Below, piece by piece: positions 38,142 to 48,558 of a stretch of 64,000 nucleotides of DNA; position 1 is the stretch's first letter, and the number at the start of each line of letters is the position of its first letter. A program made the translations under genes and the position numbers. Below the pieces are notes generated by a model. The model was not told the DNA's origin and ran no database searches. It saw only the letters and a list, made by a program, of their open reading frames with translations. This DNA comes from Candidatus Hatepunaea meridiana (GTDB taxonomy: Bacteria > Electryoneota > AABM5-125-24 > Hatepunaeales > Hatepunaeaceae), in NCBI GenBank assembly GCA_030765125.1, contig JAVCDD010000176.1, positions 220 through 64,219 on the forward strand. Reading direction: 5' to 3'.

Positions 38142-39254
38142 CTAAAGTATAATCCCACCACCAAGAACCTGATCCCCTCGATAAAACACCGCCGATTGCC
38201 CCGGTGTGACAGCTTTCACAGGTTCAATAGTTGAAACAAGGAGGCTGTCTATCACGGTGGATTGACAACCCTGGTTTCTATCAAGGATTTTGACTGTTGC
38301 AGGTACTCCAGGATCGCGATAGCGGATCTTGACCTGTAAATCATCCGGATTATCGAACAATTCTTTAGTTAGACATTTAACAGACCCAACCGTAAACTCA
38401 CTGCAATTCAGTTCACTTTCATCACCAACACACACTCGATGTGTTAACGGATCAATCGAAATAACATAAAGCTTCCTGCCCCCCCCCAGACCAAGTCCTT
38501 TTCTCTGTCCTATAGTAAAAAGATGGCTGCCCGAATGCACACCCAAAACCTTACCGGAAGTATCAACCATCTCACCTGCTAATAAACCCTCATCAACCTC
38601 AGGACGCCTATGCTGCAACCACCCTCTATAATCGTTATCCGGAATAAAACATACATCTTTACTCTCACTCTCTTCCGCTATCGGAAAACCAAGCTGGTGT
38701 GCAATAGCTCGTACTTCAACCTTTGTTTTACCACCTAATGGAAAGATCGTTCTGCGCAGCAGGTCATCAGGTATCTGCCACAAAAAATACGACTGGTCCT
38801 TATGAATATCAATCCCTTTCAATAGCTGCAATGAATTATCCTGATCAATTTCCAGTTTTGCATAGTGACCTGTGGCGATCTTTTCAAAACCATACTCTTG
38901 AGCTTTTTTCCATAGTAACCGGAACTTGATGCGAGCATTACAACGAACACAGGGGTTAGGCGTTCTACCAGCAAGATATTCTTCTTCAAAGTAATTTACT
39001 ACTTCCCGGTTGAATTCTTCACGCAAGTCGAGGGTATAGTGTGGGATGCCTATTATTTTACAGACGTGCTTAGCCTTAGTCACAGATTCATTATCTAATT
39101 CTTTTTCATTCACGTTCCAAAGTAAAAACGTAAACCCGAATACTTGATAACCTTCTTGAACCAGAATTGCAGCAGCAACTGACGAGTCTATACCGCCGCT
39201 CATTGCTATTGCTATGGAAGGTTTGTTGTTTGTTTTCACTACCGATATAATCAA
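38142..39254 (-). CDS. mnmA: tRNA 2-thiouridylase MnmA
   Basis: AMSGGIDSS, TPNPCVRCN, ATGHYA, KDQSYFL, TIGQRKG, TPGQ; exact start uncertain. Confidence 0.95.
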   Translation of the reverse strand: MIISVVKTNNKPSIAIAMSGGIDSSVAAAILVQEGYQVFGFTFLLWNVNEKELDNESVTKAKHVCKIIGIPHYTLDLREEFNREVVNYFEEEYLAGRTPNPCVRCNARIKFRLLWKKAQEYGFEKIATGHYAKLEIDQDNSLQLLKGIDIHKDQSYFLWQIPDDLLRRTIFPLGGKTKVEVRAIAHQLGFPIAEESESKDVCFIPDNDYRGWLQHRRPEVDEGLLAGEMVDTSGKVLGVHSGSHLFTIGQRKGLGLGGGRKLYVISIDPLTHRVCVGDESELNCSEFTVGSVKCLTKELFDNPDDLQVKIRYRDPGVPATVKILDRNQGCQSTVIDSLLVSTIEPVKAVTPGQSAVFYRGDQVLGGGIIL

Positions 39255-39260
39255 GTTAAG

Positions 39261-39349
39261 GAAAATAAGGGGACAGTATACCTATTTTATAAATACTCTT
39301 TGAAATAAAAATAGTCCATAGAAAATAGGTATACTGTCCCCTTATTTTC
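39261..39349. repeat. MITE-like element, family E
   Basis: GAAAATAAGGGGACAGTATACCTATTTT and exact inverse. Confidence 0.85.
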
Positions 39350-40496
39350 AACCTGCCATTGCCCGTAACCGTTTCACCGTGCTGATTATCACATCCGCAG
39401 CATATTCAATATCATCCTCTGTATTCTCCCGTCCGAGTGTAATGCGCATAGTGGAATGCGCTTCCTCAGGGGATAGTCCGATCCCAAGCAATATGGGAGA
39501 TGGATCCTTGCTGCCGGAAGAACAGGCTGATCCTGATGATACTGCGATACCTGCCAAATCCAAAGCCATCAGAAGAGCTTCACCTTCAATGTTACTGATG
39601 GTCAGATTCAGATTGCCGGGCAGCCGTCGTGTATGATGACCGTTCAGATAAATATCATCCAGTTCATCCGTTAAGCGCTGATAAAGAGCATCGCGCAGAC
39701 CGCTTAACCTAATCGCTTCGTCATTCATTTCAACGGTACATATCTCAGCCGCCTTGCCCAATCCGACAATACCTGGCAGATTCTCTGTACCGATGCGCAC
39801 TCCGTTTTCCTGATGACCACCATAGAAAAGAGGATGCACTTTTATTCCCTCGCGCAAGTACAGCGCGCCAACACCCTTTGGTCCATATATTTTGTGTGAT
39901 GAAACCGAAGCCATATCTATAGACATCGCTTGAACATCGAGAGGAACCTTACCATACGACTGGACAGCATCCGTATGATATGTTATACCGCGTTCCCGGC
40001 AGAGACTGCCTATACTGCCGATGTCGTTTATCGTCCCGACTTCGTTATTCACGTGCATCACGGATACGAGTATAGTGTCATCTGTAATTGAATCGGCAAC
40101 AGCTTCAGGATGAATCTCGCCATATTTATCCGCAGCTACAAGGGTTACATTAAAACCAAGATCTTCGAGCTCGGTGGCGCTGTTGCGAACTGCAGGATGT
40201 TCAATAGAGCCCACTATGATATGGTTACCGCTATCTCGATGCTGTAATGAGTAGCCTCTCAGGGCAATATTATCCGCTTCAGTGCCTCCGCTGGTGAAAT
40301 AGACTTCAGCCGGTGAGCAGTGTAGTATTGTAGCAACCTTTGCGCGAGCTTCTTCCAGAGCGTCTTTTGCTTCGGTACCGAAGGAATGTAAGCTGGATGG
40401 ATTACCGAACTTCTCCAGAAACATCTCCCGGATGACTTCGGCAACTCTTGGGTCAACTGGTGTGGTTGCGCTATGATCAAAGTAGATTCGTTTCAT
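39348..40496 (-). CDS. iscS: Cysteine desulfurase (IscS/NifS family)
   Basis: YFDHSATTP, GNPSS, FTSGGTE, HTDAVQ, SHKIYGPKG, SSGSAC. Confidence 0.9.
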   Translation of the reverse strand: MKRIYFDHSATTPVDPRVAEVIREMFLEKFGNPSSLHSFGTEAKDALEEARAKVATILHCSPAEVYFTSGGTEADNIALRGYSLQHRDSGNHIIVGSIEHPAVRNSATELEDLGFNVTLVAADKYGEIHPEAVADSITDDTILVSVMHVNNEVGTINDIGSIGSLCRERGITYHTDAVQSYGKVPLDVQAMSIDMASVSSHKIYGPKGVGALYLREGIKVHPLFYGGHQENGVRIGTENLPGIVGLGKAAEICTVEMNDEAIRLSGLRDALYQRLTDELDDIYLNGHHTRRLPGNLNLTISNIEGEALLMALDLAGIAVSSGSACSSGSKDPSPILLGIGLSPEEAHSTMRITLGRENTEDDIEYAADVIISTVKRLRAMAG

Positions 40497-40500
40497 TTAA

Positions 40501-40614
40501 TTTAGAGTTCACGCTTCAGCGTGTTTAGTTTAGAGTTTCCGTTTTAGTGTGTTTAGTTTAGAGTTCGCGCTTTAGCGTGGAAAACAACCTGAAGGTTGAA
40601 CTCTGAACTCTAAA
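40501..40614. repeat. AGAG-footed REP array (family A variant)
   Basis: Three tandem TTTAGAGTTCACGCTTCAGCGTG-like units plus inverse CAACCTGAAGGTTGAACTCT. Confidence 0.7.
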
Positions 40615-40616
40615 TA

Positions 40617-41219
40617 TTACGTCAGTTCGTTCAAAACGTTTGACAATCCTATCAGCGCTTGACCACGATGACTGACCCGGTTCTTGTCTTCCGAAGATGC
40701 TTCTGCGAAGGTCTTTCCTAGTTCATGTGACCAGAATACCGGATCGTATCCAAAACCGGAGCTGCCTTTTCTCGTTTCGATGATGATACCTTCCGAGACT
40801 CCTTCCCACCATTGTTCGATTCCAGCGCCAACCAGAGCCATCACGCAGCGAAAGCGTGCTGTGCGCTCATTCTCTTGAGCGCCGTCGATTTCACGTAGAA
40901 GTAAATCTACATTATCATCATAGGATGCGTTTTCACCAGCATATCTTGCCGAATGAACGCCTGGTCTGCCGTTTAAGTAATCAACCTCAAGACCTGAATC
41001 ATCTGCAAGAGTTATAATGCCAGTGTGTTGGTAACCCTCACGGGCTTTCTCCAACGCATTCTCAACGAGTGTTTCAGCATTCTCAGGAGGTTCAGGATAA
41101 GGGGGAAAGTCGTTTAAACTAACCACTTCCCAGTCTGAACCGTTCAGAATCTGACGAATTTCCCTGAGTTTATCTGTATTATTGGTTGCAGCTAAGATTT
41201 GCCTTGTTGAGCGCTTCAA
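40617..41219 (-). CDS. rdgB: Non-canonical purine NTP pyrophosphatase
   Basis: ATNN.DK..E, ADDSGL, PGVHSARY, GFGYDPVF, SHRG. Confidence 0.95.
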   Translation of the reverse strand: MKRSTRQILAATNNTDKLREIRQILNGSDWEVVSLNDFPPYPEPPENAETLVENALEKAREGYQHTGIITLADDSGLEVDYLNGRPGVHSARYAGENASYDDNVDLLLREIDGAQENERTARFRCVMALVGAGIEQWWEGVSEGIIIETRKGSSGFGYDPVFWSHELGKTFAEASSEDKNRVSHRGQALIGLSNVLNELT

Positions 41220-41221
41220 TC

Positions 41222-41398
41222 CTAAAGCCCAAGCGCCTTTTTTTCGTCATCACCTCTCAGAACCTTAACGATCTTCTTATCATAACGAATCGTGCCTTTG
41301 GGTGTTGTCTTAGCTTCAATTACTTTAAAGGAATCATACTTGTCAATGTCTTCCTTGGATTTCAGCATCTTTTCAGCGAATGTTTTTGCTTTTGCCAT
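41222..41398 (-). CDS. 58-aa basic protein, DUF4295/bL38-like candidate (not in ORF track)
   Basis: MAKAKTFAEKMLKSKEDIDKYDSFKVIEAKTTPKGTIRYDKKIVKVLRGDDEKKALGL; AGGA RBS; own promoter. Confidence 0.65.
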   Translation of the reverse strand: MAKAKTFAEKMLKSKEDIDKYDSFKVIEAKTTPKGTIRYDKKIVKVLRGDDEKKALGL

Positions 41399-41442
41399 TT
41401 TCTTTTATCCTGTGTTTTATTTGATAATTTTAGTGAACCTTA

Positions 41443-41471
41443 ATTTTAACAATATAATCAACTTATTGCAA
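41443..41471 (-). promoter_or_regulatory. Putative sigma70 promoter
   Basis: TTGCAA-17 nt-TAAAAT with TGn extension. Confidence 0.6.
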
Positions 41472-41472
41472 T

Positions 41473-41500
41473 AAAAAAACCGCCGAAAATCGGCGGTTTT
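41473..41500 (-). terminator. Rho-independent terminator after the anti-sigma gene
   Basis: AAAACCGCCGA/TCGGCGGTTTT hairpin followed by T7 on the minus strand. Confidence 0.75.
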
Positions 41501-41532
41501 AAAATGTCATTTCAAAAACATTCAGAATAGAG

Positions 41533-42048
41533 CTATTTCTCGGTTGACACTACCTGTGAATACTTATCAGGATTATAACTCTGTTCCGGCACTTCCAACG
41601 AATCATCTGCAGCATCGGTAGAGTCAGTTAGTTCAGATGCGAGTTGCTCCTGTTTAACGACCTCAATATTTGAGGGTGATGTATCCAATTCTGCGAAATC
41701 AGTTGATTCAGGCGTCAGGAGTATTATCAATCCTACGGCAAGTCCGGTTGCCAGTCCGGCTCCTAATGCAGCCCAGCGAGGGATTACACTTCTGTTGGAA
41801 TGAATCTTCCCGCTTCTCGCTCCCGAAAGCATCCGTATCTTTTTATCGAGTTGAAATCTGAAGTTTGGAGATGGTTCAACTCTGGGCAATGAAGCGGTAA
41901 TTACTCTCAGCCGGTAAGTAGATTGCGCAAATATCTGACAATGCTCGCATTCAGCAACGTGCCGTCGTAGTAAATCCTCCTGTTCAGGGGGTAATTTACC
42001 GGATTGATATGCTTCATAATTATCTTCAAAACGATCGCAAGTTATCAT
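41533..42048 (-). CDS. Zinc-finger (zf-HC2) membrane anti-sigma factor
   Basis: HVAECEHC, single TM helix; ATG 42048 with AAGGAG; follows ECF sigma. Confidence 0.85.
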   Translation of the reverse strand: MITCDRFEDNYEAYQSGKLPPEQEDLLRRHVAECEHCQIFAQSTYRLRVITASLPRVEPSPNFRFQLDKKIRMLSGARSGKIHSNRSVIPRWAALGAGLATGLAVGLIILLTPESTDFAELDTSPSNIEVVKQEQLASELTDSTDAADDSLEVPEQSYNPDKYSQVVSTEK

Positions 42049-42131
42049 TTTACTCCTTAAAAAAACTTTTGGAAAATATGTAAAGAAACACTGGCAATCC
42101 CGATGCTTCGGGATGCCACCCCAATACCTCA

Positions 42132-42236
42132 TGCGTTCTTGTCAGGTTTCAAGAGAAGTGTAACCTGACGAGTAGTGGATGCTAACCGTTGTAAAACTAA
42201 AAGGTTGCGTTTTGCTTGAAACCTGACAAGAACGCA
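42132..42236. repeat. Family G REP doublet
   Basis: TGCGTTCTTGTCAGGTTTCAAG ... CTTGAAACCTGACAAGAACGCA. Confidence 0.75.
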
Positions 42237-42317
42237 CATTACCACAGGCAGGGACGCCTGCGCCACCCAGCGAAATCCGGGCACTACGACACCCCGACAC
42301 CACGACACAACATTGTG

Positions 42318-42911
42318 TTACTGGTGTATATCTTTTAAACGAGCTTGCAGCCTTTGTCGAGCTCGGTTAATACGCGATTTTACCGTTCCTAATGGTATTT
42401 TTAGTATTAAACCGATTTCCTCATAAGAAAGTTCCTGAACATCGCGTAAAACTACTACTTCTCTAAAAACTAACGGAAGTTCTTGAATCTCCTCTTCAAC
42501 CCTGATTACAATATTACGCCGTTCATAATCTCGATTTGGATCCATTGTTTTATCGGGTAACTCGAATACCTTTTCATCCTCGCTGTCTCGACTGTATCCA
42601 CTGCCGCTGCTCAGCGACAAATAACGGCGAATCCGCTGCTTGCGTAGTTCCGATTTTGCCAGATTTCCGGCGACAGTATAGAGCCAGGTTGAGAAACGGG
42701 CAATCTCACGATATTTATCACGATGTGTCCAGAGCCGGATGAATGTCTCTTGTAGCAGATCTTCCGCAACTGTTCTGTTGCCAACTATACGATAGATAAA
42801 ATTGTGAAGCTGACCAGTAAAGCGATCAACTATTTCATCGAAAGCCTCATTGCGACCGGCTTGCAGTTCGCGGATTAGTTCCTCATCACTTTTTTTCCTG
42901 TTGTTTAACAC
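42318..42911 (-). CDS. ECF RNA polymerase sigma factor
   Basis: AEDLLQETF, FSTWLY, LSYEEI..IPLGTVKSRINRAR. Confidence 0.92.
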   Translation of the reverse strand: MLNNRKKSDEELIRELQAGRNEAFDEIVDRFTGQLHNFIYRIVGNRTVAEDLLQETFIRLWTHRDKYREIARFSTWLYTVAGNLAKSELRKQRIRRYLSLSSGSGYSRDSEDEKVFELPDKTMDPNRDYERRNIVIRVEEEIQELPLVFREVVVLRDVQELSYEEIGLILKIPLGTVKSRINRARQRLQARLKDIHQ

Positions 42912-42913
42912 GC

Positions 42914-43918
42914 TTATCTTCTGAAACCCCGACTGATTGAATGCGCTAGCTCAAGGACAAGTATAGTAACTTCCTGCCAATCCTGGCGCAGCCCCCTTTT
43001 TATATTCAGATCCGCCTCGTATAAACGTAATATACCATCTTCAAGAATCCGATGATTTATCTTCCTCGCATATTCAACATATTTCTTGAAAACATAAGGA
43101 TGCAAACCTACAGCATCTTTAGCTTGATTAAGTTTCCTTTTCCTGAAATACCAATTTAACTGCCACAATTTATGAAACATACGATACAAATCACCTATGA
43201 TTTGAGTGGGTTTCGTACTCCAGTATTGCAGGTTCTTCACAGCCTGTTGAGCGGCTTTTATATTACCTGAACCAATCGCATCGGTCAACGCCCAGCGCTC
43301 AAATTCAAATGATACTTCTCCGAGTTCCTCAACGTCCTTCAACCGTATAGTAGATACATCACCTACTAACAAAGTTAGACGTTCAAGTTCACCGGCAAGT
43401 TCCCGTAAGCTGGGCCAATTGATCGAGAGTAGTTTGTCGACAGCATCGTGTTCTAACCTTTTATCCCATTTGATGAGATATTCCCTCATCCAGTTTGTAA
43501 GCTGACCGGATTTCATCATATTACAATTTATCGGGTCAATTTTCTTTGATATCTCCTTGAAGAAACTCCTTCTTTTGTCAATTTTCCCTGTCCAGAGGAT
43601 CAGAGTGCTGTCAGTGGGAGAAGCTTTTATAAACATCAACACTGCTATCAGATTTTTATCTTTCAGATCTTGTGCTTGCCGTACAACGGTAACTCGATGG
43701 TCAGCAAAAATAGGAAGGGAGTTCAGCGTTTCCGATAGTCCTTTTGCGTCCTTACCGTAAAATACAACAAGGTTTAAGGATCGATCATCGGGTCTAAGCG
43801 CTTTATTAATTATTGCTTGAACACCGGTCTCCGCCAGGAAATCCTCCTCGCCGGTGAATAAGTAAACGGGACGTATTTTCCCTTTATCTATTTCGCGTTT
43901 AAATGCTGCGTAGTCCAT
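42914..43918 (-). CDS. holA: DNA polymerase III delta subunit
   Basis: PVYLFTGEEDFL, LPIFADHRV, ELERL, ADLNIKRG; ATG 43918 preferred. Confidence 0.85.
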   Translation of the reverse strand: MDYAAFKREIDKGKIRPVYLFTGEEDFLAETGVQAIINKALRPDDRSLNLVVFYGKDAKGLSETLNSLPIFADHRVTVVRQAQDLKDKNLIAVLMFIKASPTDSTLILWTGKIDKRRSFFKEISKKIDPINCNMMKSGQLTNWMREYLIKWDKRLEHDAVDKLLSINWPSLRELAGELERLTLLVGDVSTIRLKDVEELGEVSFEFERWALTDAIGSGNIKAAQQAVKNLQYWSTKPTQIIGDLYRMFHKLWQLNWYFRKRKLNQAKDAVGLHPYVFKKYVEYARKINHRILEDGILRLYEADLNIKRGLRQDWQEVTILVLELAHSISRGFRR

Positions 43919-43995
43919 CTGTTTTAATACTTCTCGCTTTAATATTACAAGATACTCAGGATTAAGAGGATAAGAATTATTAAATTGTGTCATCC

Positions 43996-44035
43996 TACTC
44001 CGGAGTGCTCAAGCTTGATTGAGCACTCCGGAGTA
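43996..44035. repeat. Collapsed family B palindrome
   Basis: TACTCCGGAGTGCTCAA-gcttga-TTGAGCACTCCGGAGTA. Confidence 0.75.
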
Positions 44036-44077
44036 ATCGCCATTTTATCCTGTCTATCCTGTTAATCTTGTTAAGTT

Positions 44078-44830
44078 TTAGTGTGTCTTTTCTCTATTAG
44101 CAGTGCGCCGGGTTTGAGTGACAAACCAGCTTCCTAATGCCACCTGCAGAGGATCTTTGTGAAGTCGTTCCGGATGCCATTGAACGCCGACTGTGCATCC
44201 GTCTTCAAAGCATTGAAAGGCTTCTACGATGCCATCAGTGGCTTTAGCCACAATTGTCAGACCTGTTCCGGATTCTTTAACCGATTGATGATGACTACTG
44301 TTGATCTTAATCTCTTCTTGATCGAAGATTTCACTCAGAAAGGATTCCACTATTATGTTTGCTTGATGAAAGGTTTCAGAGCCATCTTCAGCGCGTGTAT
44401 GCCTGAGCGGATCCTTGAAGGAGGTTGGAATATCCTGGTAGAGCGAACCTCCGCAAGCGACGTTAATTGCTTGACAGCCCCGGCAGATTCCCATTATCGG
44501 TATCTGTTTCTTGCGAGCTTCCTTTACGACCTGTATTTCAAAGTCATCCCGGTCGCGCTGGACTCCCATGGAATGAGTATTATCTTCATTATAAAGCGCC
44601 GGATCAACATCAACGCCGCCGGTAACGATTATTCCATCTACCCTCTCTATCAGGCTGTCGACTGCTTCCATATCTTTTATCACCGGCAGCATTATCGGTG
44701 TCCCACCGCCCAATTCCACGAAGCGGATGTAACTATGCTGGATAAGGTGTAGAGCGACTCCTTTGGAAAAGGTACGCTTTTCATCATCAGGAGGGCTAAT
44801 ATTGACGCTAATACCGATAATTGGTTTCAT
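44078..44830 (-). CDS. Peptidase C26 / gamma-glutamyl-gamma-aminobutyrate hydrolase family
   Basis: GGVDVDP, GICRGCQ, NSSHHQ, VQWHPE. Confidence 0.9.
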   Translation of the reverse strand: MKPIIGISVNISPPDDEKRTFSKGVALHLIQHSYIRFVELGGGTPIMLPVIKDMEAVDSLIERVDGIIVTGGVDVDPALYNEDNTHSMGVQRDRDDFEIQVVKEARKKQIPIMGICRGCQAINVACGGSLYQDIPTSFKDPLRHTRAEDGSETFHQANIIVESFLSEIFDQEEIKINSSHHQSVKESGTGLTIVAKATDGIVEAFQCFEDGCTVGVQWHPERLHKDPLQVALGSWFVTQTRRTANREKTH

Positions 44831-44865
44831 ATTTTCCTTTATTGAAATAGTTGATTTACTTTATA

Positions 44866-45092
44866 AAACCCGAAGGGGTTGAATAAATAGTAAAATATGG
44901 GGACAGTATACCTGTTTTTATATATACCATTGGTCTTTTAAAGATTCCTTATAAAAATAGGTATATGTCCCCATATTTCGTTGAGGGTTTGCAATCTGAT
45001 TCGGTGGGTTTCACCCACCGCTATTCACATCCTTCCCTTCGGGAATGCTTTCGGGTTTAAACTCTGTGTTCTATGCGCCCTCTGCGGTTGAA
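44866..45092. repeat. Composite repeat, inverted copy of 37878-38102
   Basis: Same order of units and same nesting junction (GCAAACC.TCAACGAAATATGGGGACA). Confidence 0.8.
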
Positions 45093-45117
45093 AAAATCGC
45101 AGGCAATGACGTCTACT

Positions 45118-46644
45118 CTACTGAAATTTCACAACCTTTGCTTTCGACCAATCGTGAAGATCATCTGAAACCCCCGATATGATCGTCAGGTCAGCGCTTT
45201 GCCCCGGCGCAATCGAACCCCGTTTGTCGCTTAGACCGGTGGCATAAGCCCAACCGTAAGTCGCAGCCCTAATAGCGAGATAAGGGGGCAGACTTTCAAT
45301 TAGTTCAAAGTCATCACTTGGTTCGCCATTAAAGCCGCAGCGGTTAATAGCAGCGTGTATATTCAGAAGTGGATCAGGTGAAGCCACAGGCCAATCGCTG
45401 CCGAGTGCTAAAGGTACACCTGCTTCAAACAATGATCGCCAGATGGAAGTCCGTTTGCAGCGTTCTGCGCCGATTCTGGGCGGCAGCCATCGCTGGTCAT
45501 CTATCAAGTGAACAGGTTGAACAGATGCAACGGCGCCGCTTTCAACGATCATTCGCACACCATCCTCAGGCAATACCTGGGCGTGCTCGATACGATGCGG
45601 TCCGGTAGGAACGCGAGGCAATCGCTTGAATAGTTTACACGCCTGTGCGACAGCCCGGTCGCCAATGGAATGAATGGCAAGCCTCCAACCTGCTTCTACA
45701 GCGGGAAGAGCTATATCGTAAAGTTCCTCATCGGTATAGAAAAGCACTCCGGAATGATCCGGATCATCAAGATAAGGTTCATTTAATGCTGCTGTACGTG
45801 ACCCTAAAGAACCATCAAGGAACAGCTTTAATGTGTTAAGTCTGAAACGTTTACCATCATGAGGAGGAGGTGTTCCGATTTCCCAATTTTCAATCCTTAA
45901 CCAGGCATCTATATCAATCTTCAATTTGTTTTCATCGTCAAGAGAACGGTAGATGTGTTCATTCACCTTATCAAGCACTTCGCTGACAGCGGTTAGTCCA
46001 AGCGAAAGGAGGTAATCCTGTGCCTTTAGAATCGCGTATTTGATTTCATCTGTAGTAGGTGGAGGTAATATCGAATGGATCTTCTCAGCAGCTCCCTCAC
46101 GAAGAATCCCATTAGGAAAACCATTAACATCTCGAACGATTATCCAACCGGGTGGATCGGAAAGTTCCCGTGTAATTCCTGCTAAAGAAAGCAAGGTTGA
46201 ACTACAGCAGCAACTATGCAGGTCTTTAGCAAACACAACGACGTTTCTACCTGGAAAAATACTATCAAGAAAGTCAGCATCCAAATCGCAGCGCCATGGT
46301 TCCCAGTTAAAAGCTTTTATCCAGTGTGAGTGCGATCCGTCGAGGGTTTTCGCGTGATTTAATAAGACTTGATGTACTGACTTTCGGTCAAGTCCTTCGA
46401 GGTTTAGAATCTGAAGTGATTGCCCACCGACCATTAGATGAATATGAGCATCGCATAAACCCGGCAATACAAGCGCTCCGTTCAATTGGATTAAGTCAAC
46501 GCTGTTGTTGATTGAGTTTAATGCAGCAGCGCTCCCAATCGAAGCTATCTTTCCATCTTTGATCAGAAGTGAATCGTACCAGGACGGGACATCCCATCCC
46601 AATCCAGCGAATATTCTTCCACCTGTCAGTAAGATGTTTTGCAT
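45118..46644 (-). CDS. Amidohydrolase family 3 (YtcJ-like)
   Basis: PGLCDAHIH, KLFLDGSLGSRTA, HSIGD, RIEHAQ, GSDWPV. Confidence 0.88.
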   Translation of the reverse strand: MQNILLTGGRIFAGLGWDVPSWYDSLLIKDGKIASIGSAAALNSINNSVDLIQLNGALVLPGLCDAHIHLMVGGQSLQILNLEGLDRKSVHQVLLNHAKTLDGSHSHWIKAFNWEPWRCDLDADFLDSIFPGRNVVVFAKDLHSCCCSSTLLSLAGITRELSDPPGWIIVRDVNGFPNGILREGAAEKIHSILPPPTTDEIKYAILKAQDYLLSLGLTAVSEVLDKVNEHIYRSLDDENKLKIDIDAWLRIENWEIGTPPPHDGKRFRLNTLKLFLDGSLGSRTAALNEPYLDDPDHSGVLFYTDEELYDIALPAVEAGWRLAIHSIGDRAVAQACKLFKRLPRVPTGPHRIEHAQVLPEDGVRMIVESGAVASVQPVHLIDDQRWLPPRIGAERCKRTSIWRSLFEAGVPLALGSDWPVASPDPLLNIHAAINRCGFNGEPSDDFELIESLPPYLAIRAATYGWAYATGLSDKRGSIAPGQSADLTIISGVSDDLHDWSKAKVVKFQ

Positions 46645-46724
46645 ATTTTAATGGTTTGGGAGTTATAAGTATGGTCAGATACGAACATAATACAGATACA
46701 TCATTAATACAATAATTAACAATC

Positions 46725-48290
46725 TCAACGAGCAAATTCCACTGACCGGAATTCACGAATAACCGTAACCTTAATCTGACCAGGGTATTCTAGTTCTTCC
46801 TGAACCCGGCTGGCAATGTCAAGGGAAAGTTGTTCGGCTTGTGCATCCGAGACCTTGTTATGCTCAACCATAACTCGAATCTCGCGACCGGCTTGAAGTG
46901 CGAAGGTCTTGCTGACACCTGTAAATCCGTTTGCAAGTTCCTCTAACTTCTCAAGACGCTTGACATATCCTTCAAGGCTGTCACGCCGGGCTCCCGGTCT
47001 AGATCCGGAGATGGCATCAGCAGCTTGAACCAGACAGGAAATGAGAGAAGTGGCTTCAACGTCTTCGTGGTGAGAAGCAATAGCATTCTGAACGACCTTT
47101 GATTCACGGTAGCGACGCGCAAGCTCCATCCCTAATTCAGTGTGTGTGCCTTCTGTATTGCGGTCAATAGCTTTACCGATATCATGCAATAGTCCCGCCC
47201 TGGCTGCAAGTTTTGAATCAAGATTCAACTCAACAGCCATCAGAGCAGTAAGCCTGGAGACTTCAATGGAGTGTTTGAGGACGTTCTGACCGTAACTGGT
47301 GCGATAGCGCAGCCTGCCAAGATTGCGGATCAGTTCGGGATGCAATCCGTCAACACCTTCGTCCATTGCCGTTTCTTCGCCTATCTCTATGATTCGCTCT
47401 TCCAGATCCTTTTCTGACTTCTTTACAATCTCTTCAATACGGGCGGGATGTATACGACCATCCGAAATCAGTTGTTCAAGCGCCAGACGTGCAACTTCAC
47501 GACGGAATGGATCAAAACTGGAAAGTGTTACTGCCTCAGGAGTATCATCAATAACGATCTCAACGCCGGAAGCGGCTTCAAAGGCTCTGATGTTGCGTCC
47601 TTCACGACCGATTATGCGTCCTTTTATCTCATCATTGGGAATGTTCACGACGGTAACTGTGGTTTCTGTGGAATGATCAGCAGCGGAACGCTGGATTGCC
47701 TGAACAATTAATTCCTTAGCTTCACGATTAGCCTGAATTCGAGCCCGATCTCGAATCTCCTTTATTAACTCAACTGAATCCAACTTGGCACGTTCAATCA
47801 GCATATCGCGCAGTCTTCGAAGCCCCTCTTCCCTGCTCATCTTAGCAATTTCTTCAAGCTTGTCTACTGCTTCTTCCTGCTTTGCTTGAAGTTGTGTCTT
47901 TTCTGCCTCAAACTTTTGAGTGCGGCTTTGCATTTGAAGCTCAAGTTGCTTCAGTTCTTTTGCTTTGCGATCCTGATCGGTTATTTTCTGATTTAAGGAA
48001 TATTCTTTATCCCGAACTGTTCGTTCAAGCTTGCTTAATTCAGCGCGTTTCTTCTCGAAATCACCTTCAAGTTTTGTTTTTAACTTGAGATGTTCTTCAC
48101 GCACATCATAGAGTTTTTCCTTCTTCAGATCATCAGTGGCTTTATTCGCTGCTTCGAGTATTGCTTTCGCTTGTTCTTCAGCAGTAGCTTTACGCAACCG
48201 GTCAATTCTATCCTTAATGAACCATCCGATCAGAATTAACACTACACCGATTAAAGCGATACCCAGATATAATAAGATATTAAATAGCAT
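46725..48290 (-). CDS. rny: Ribonuclease Y
   Basis: N-terminal TM, coiled coil, [31 protein letters not shown]. Confidence 0.96.
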   Translation of the reverse strand: MLFNILLYLGIALIGVVLILIGWFIKDRIDRLRKATAEEQAKAILEAANKATDDLKKEKLYDVREEHLKLKTKLEGDFEKKRAELSKLERTVRDKEYSLNQKITDQDRKAKELKQLELQMQSRTQKFEAEKTQLQAKQEEAVDKLEEIAKMSREEGLRRLRDMLIERAKLDSVELIKEIRDRARIQANREAKELIVQAIQRSAADHSTETTVTVVNIPNDEIKGRIIGREGRNIRAFEAASGVEIVIDDTPEAVTLSSFDPFRREVARLALEQLISDGRIHPARIEEIVKKSEKDLEERIIEIGEETAMDEGVDGLHPELIRNLGRLRYRTSYGQNVLKHSIEVSRLTALMAVELNLDSKLAARAGLLHDIGKAIDRNTEGTHTELGMELARRYRESKVVQNAIASHHEDVEATSLISCLVQAADAISGSRPGARRDSLEGYVKRLEKLEELANGFTGVSKTFALQAGREIRVMVEHNKVSDAQAEQLSLDIASRVQEELEYPGQIKVTVIREFRSVEFAR

Positions 48291-48311
48291 AATGATTATT
48301 CAAAAAAAAGA

Positions 48312-48516
48312 GACCCGCCAAGACTGTTCCATTATTAGAACCGATAATTTAATAATTGGGTACTGCCCATAACGTGTTTTGCTTCCACCGTCTGCAGGAA
48401 TTTGCAGACTCAACTTGTTATAAAAAGTTGAGTGAGGCCCGCAATTAGCGCTATGCGACGAGCTCCCTCGGTTCTACCTGTTGGTTCTTTTTTTGGAACA
48501 GGCACAAGGGCGGGTC
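48312..48516 (-). ncRNA. ssrS: 6S RNA
   Basis: Between zapA and rny (known synteny); complementary ends GACCCGCC/GGCGGGTC and inner CTGTTCCA/TGGAACAG, AGAACCGA/TCGGTTCT pairings giving a rod with a central bubble. Confidence 0.75.
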
Positions 48517-48558
48517 AATGCTGTTTCTAACTGTTAAATACTATCTGTTAAATAGTGC

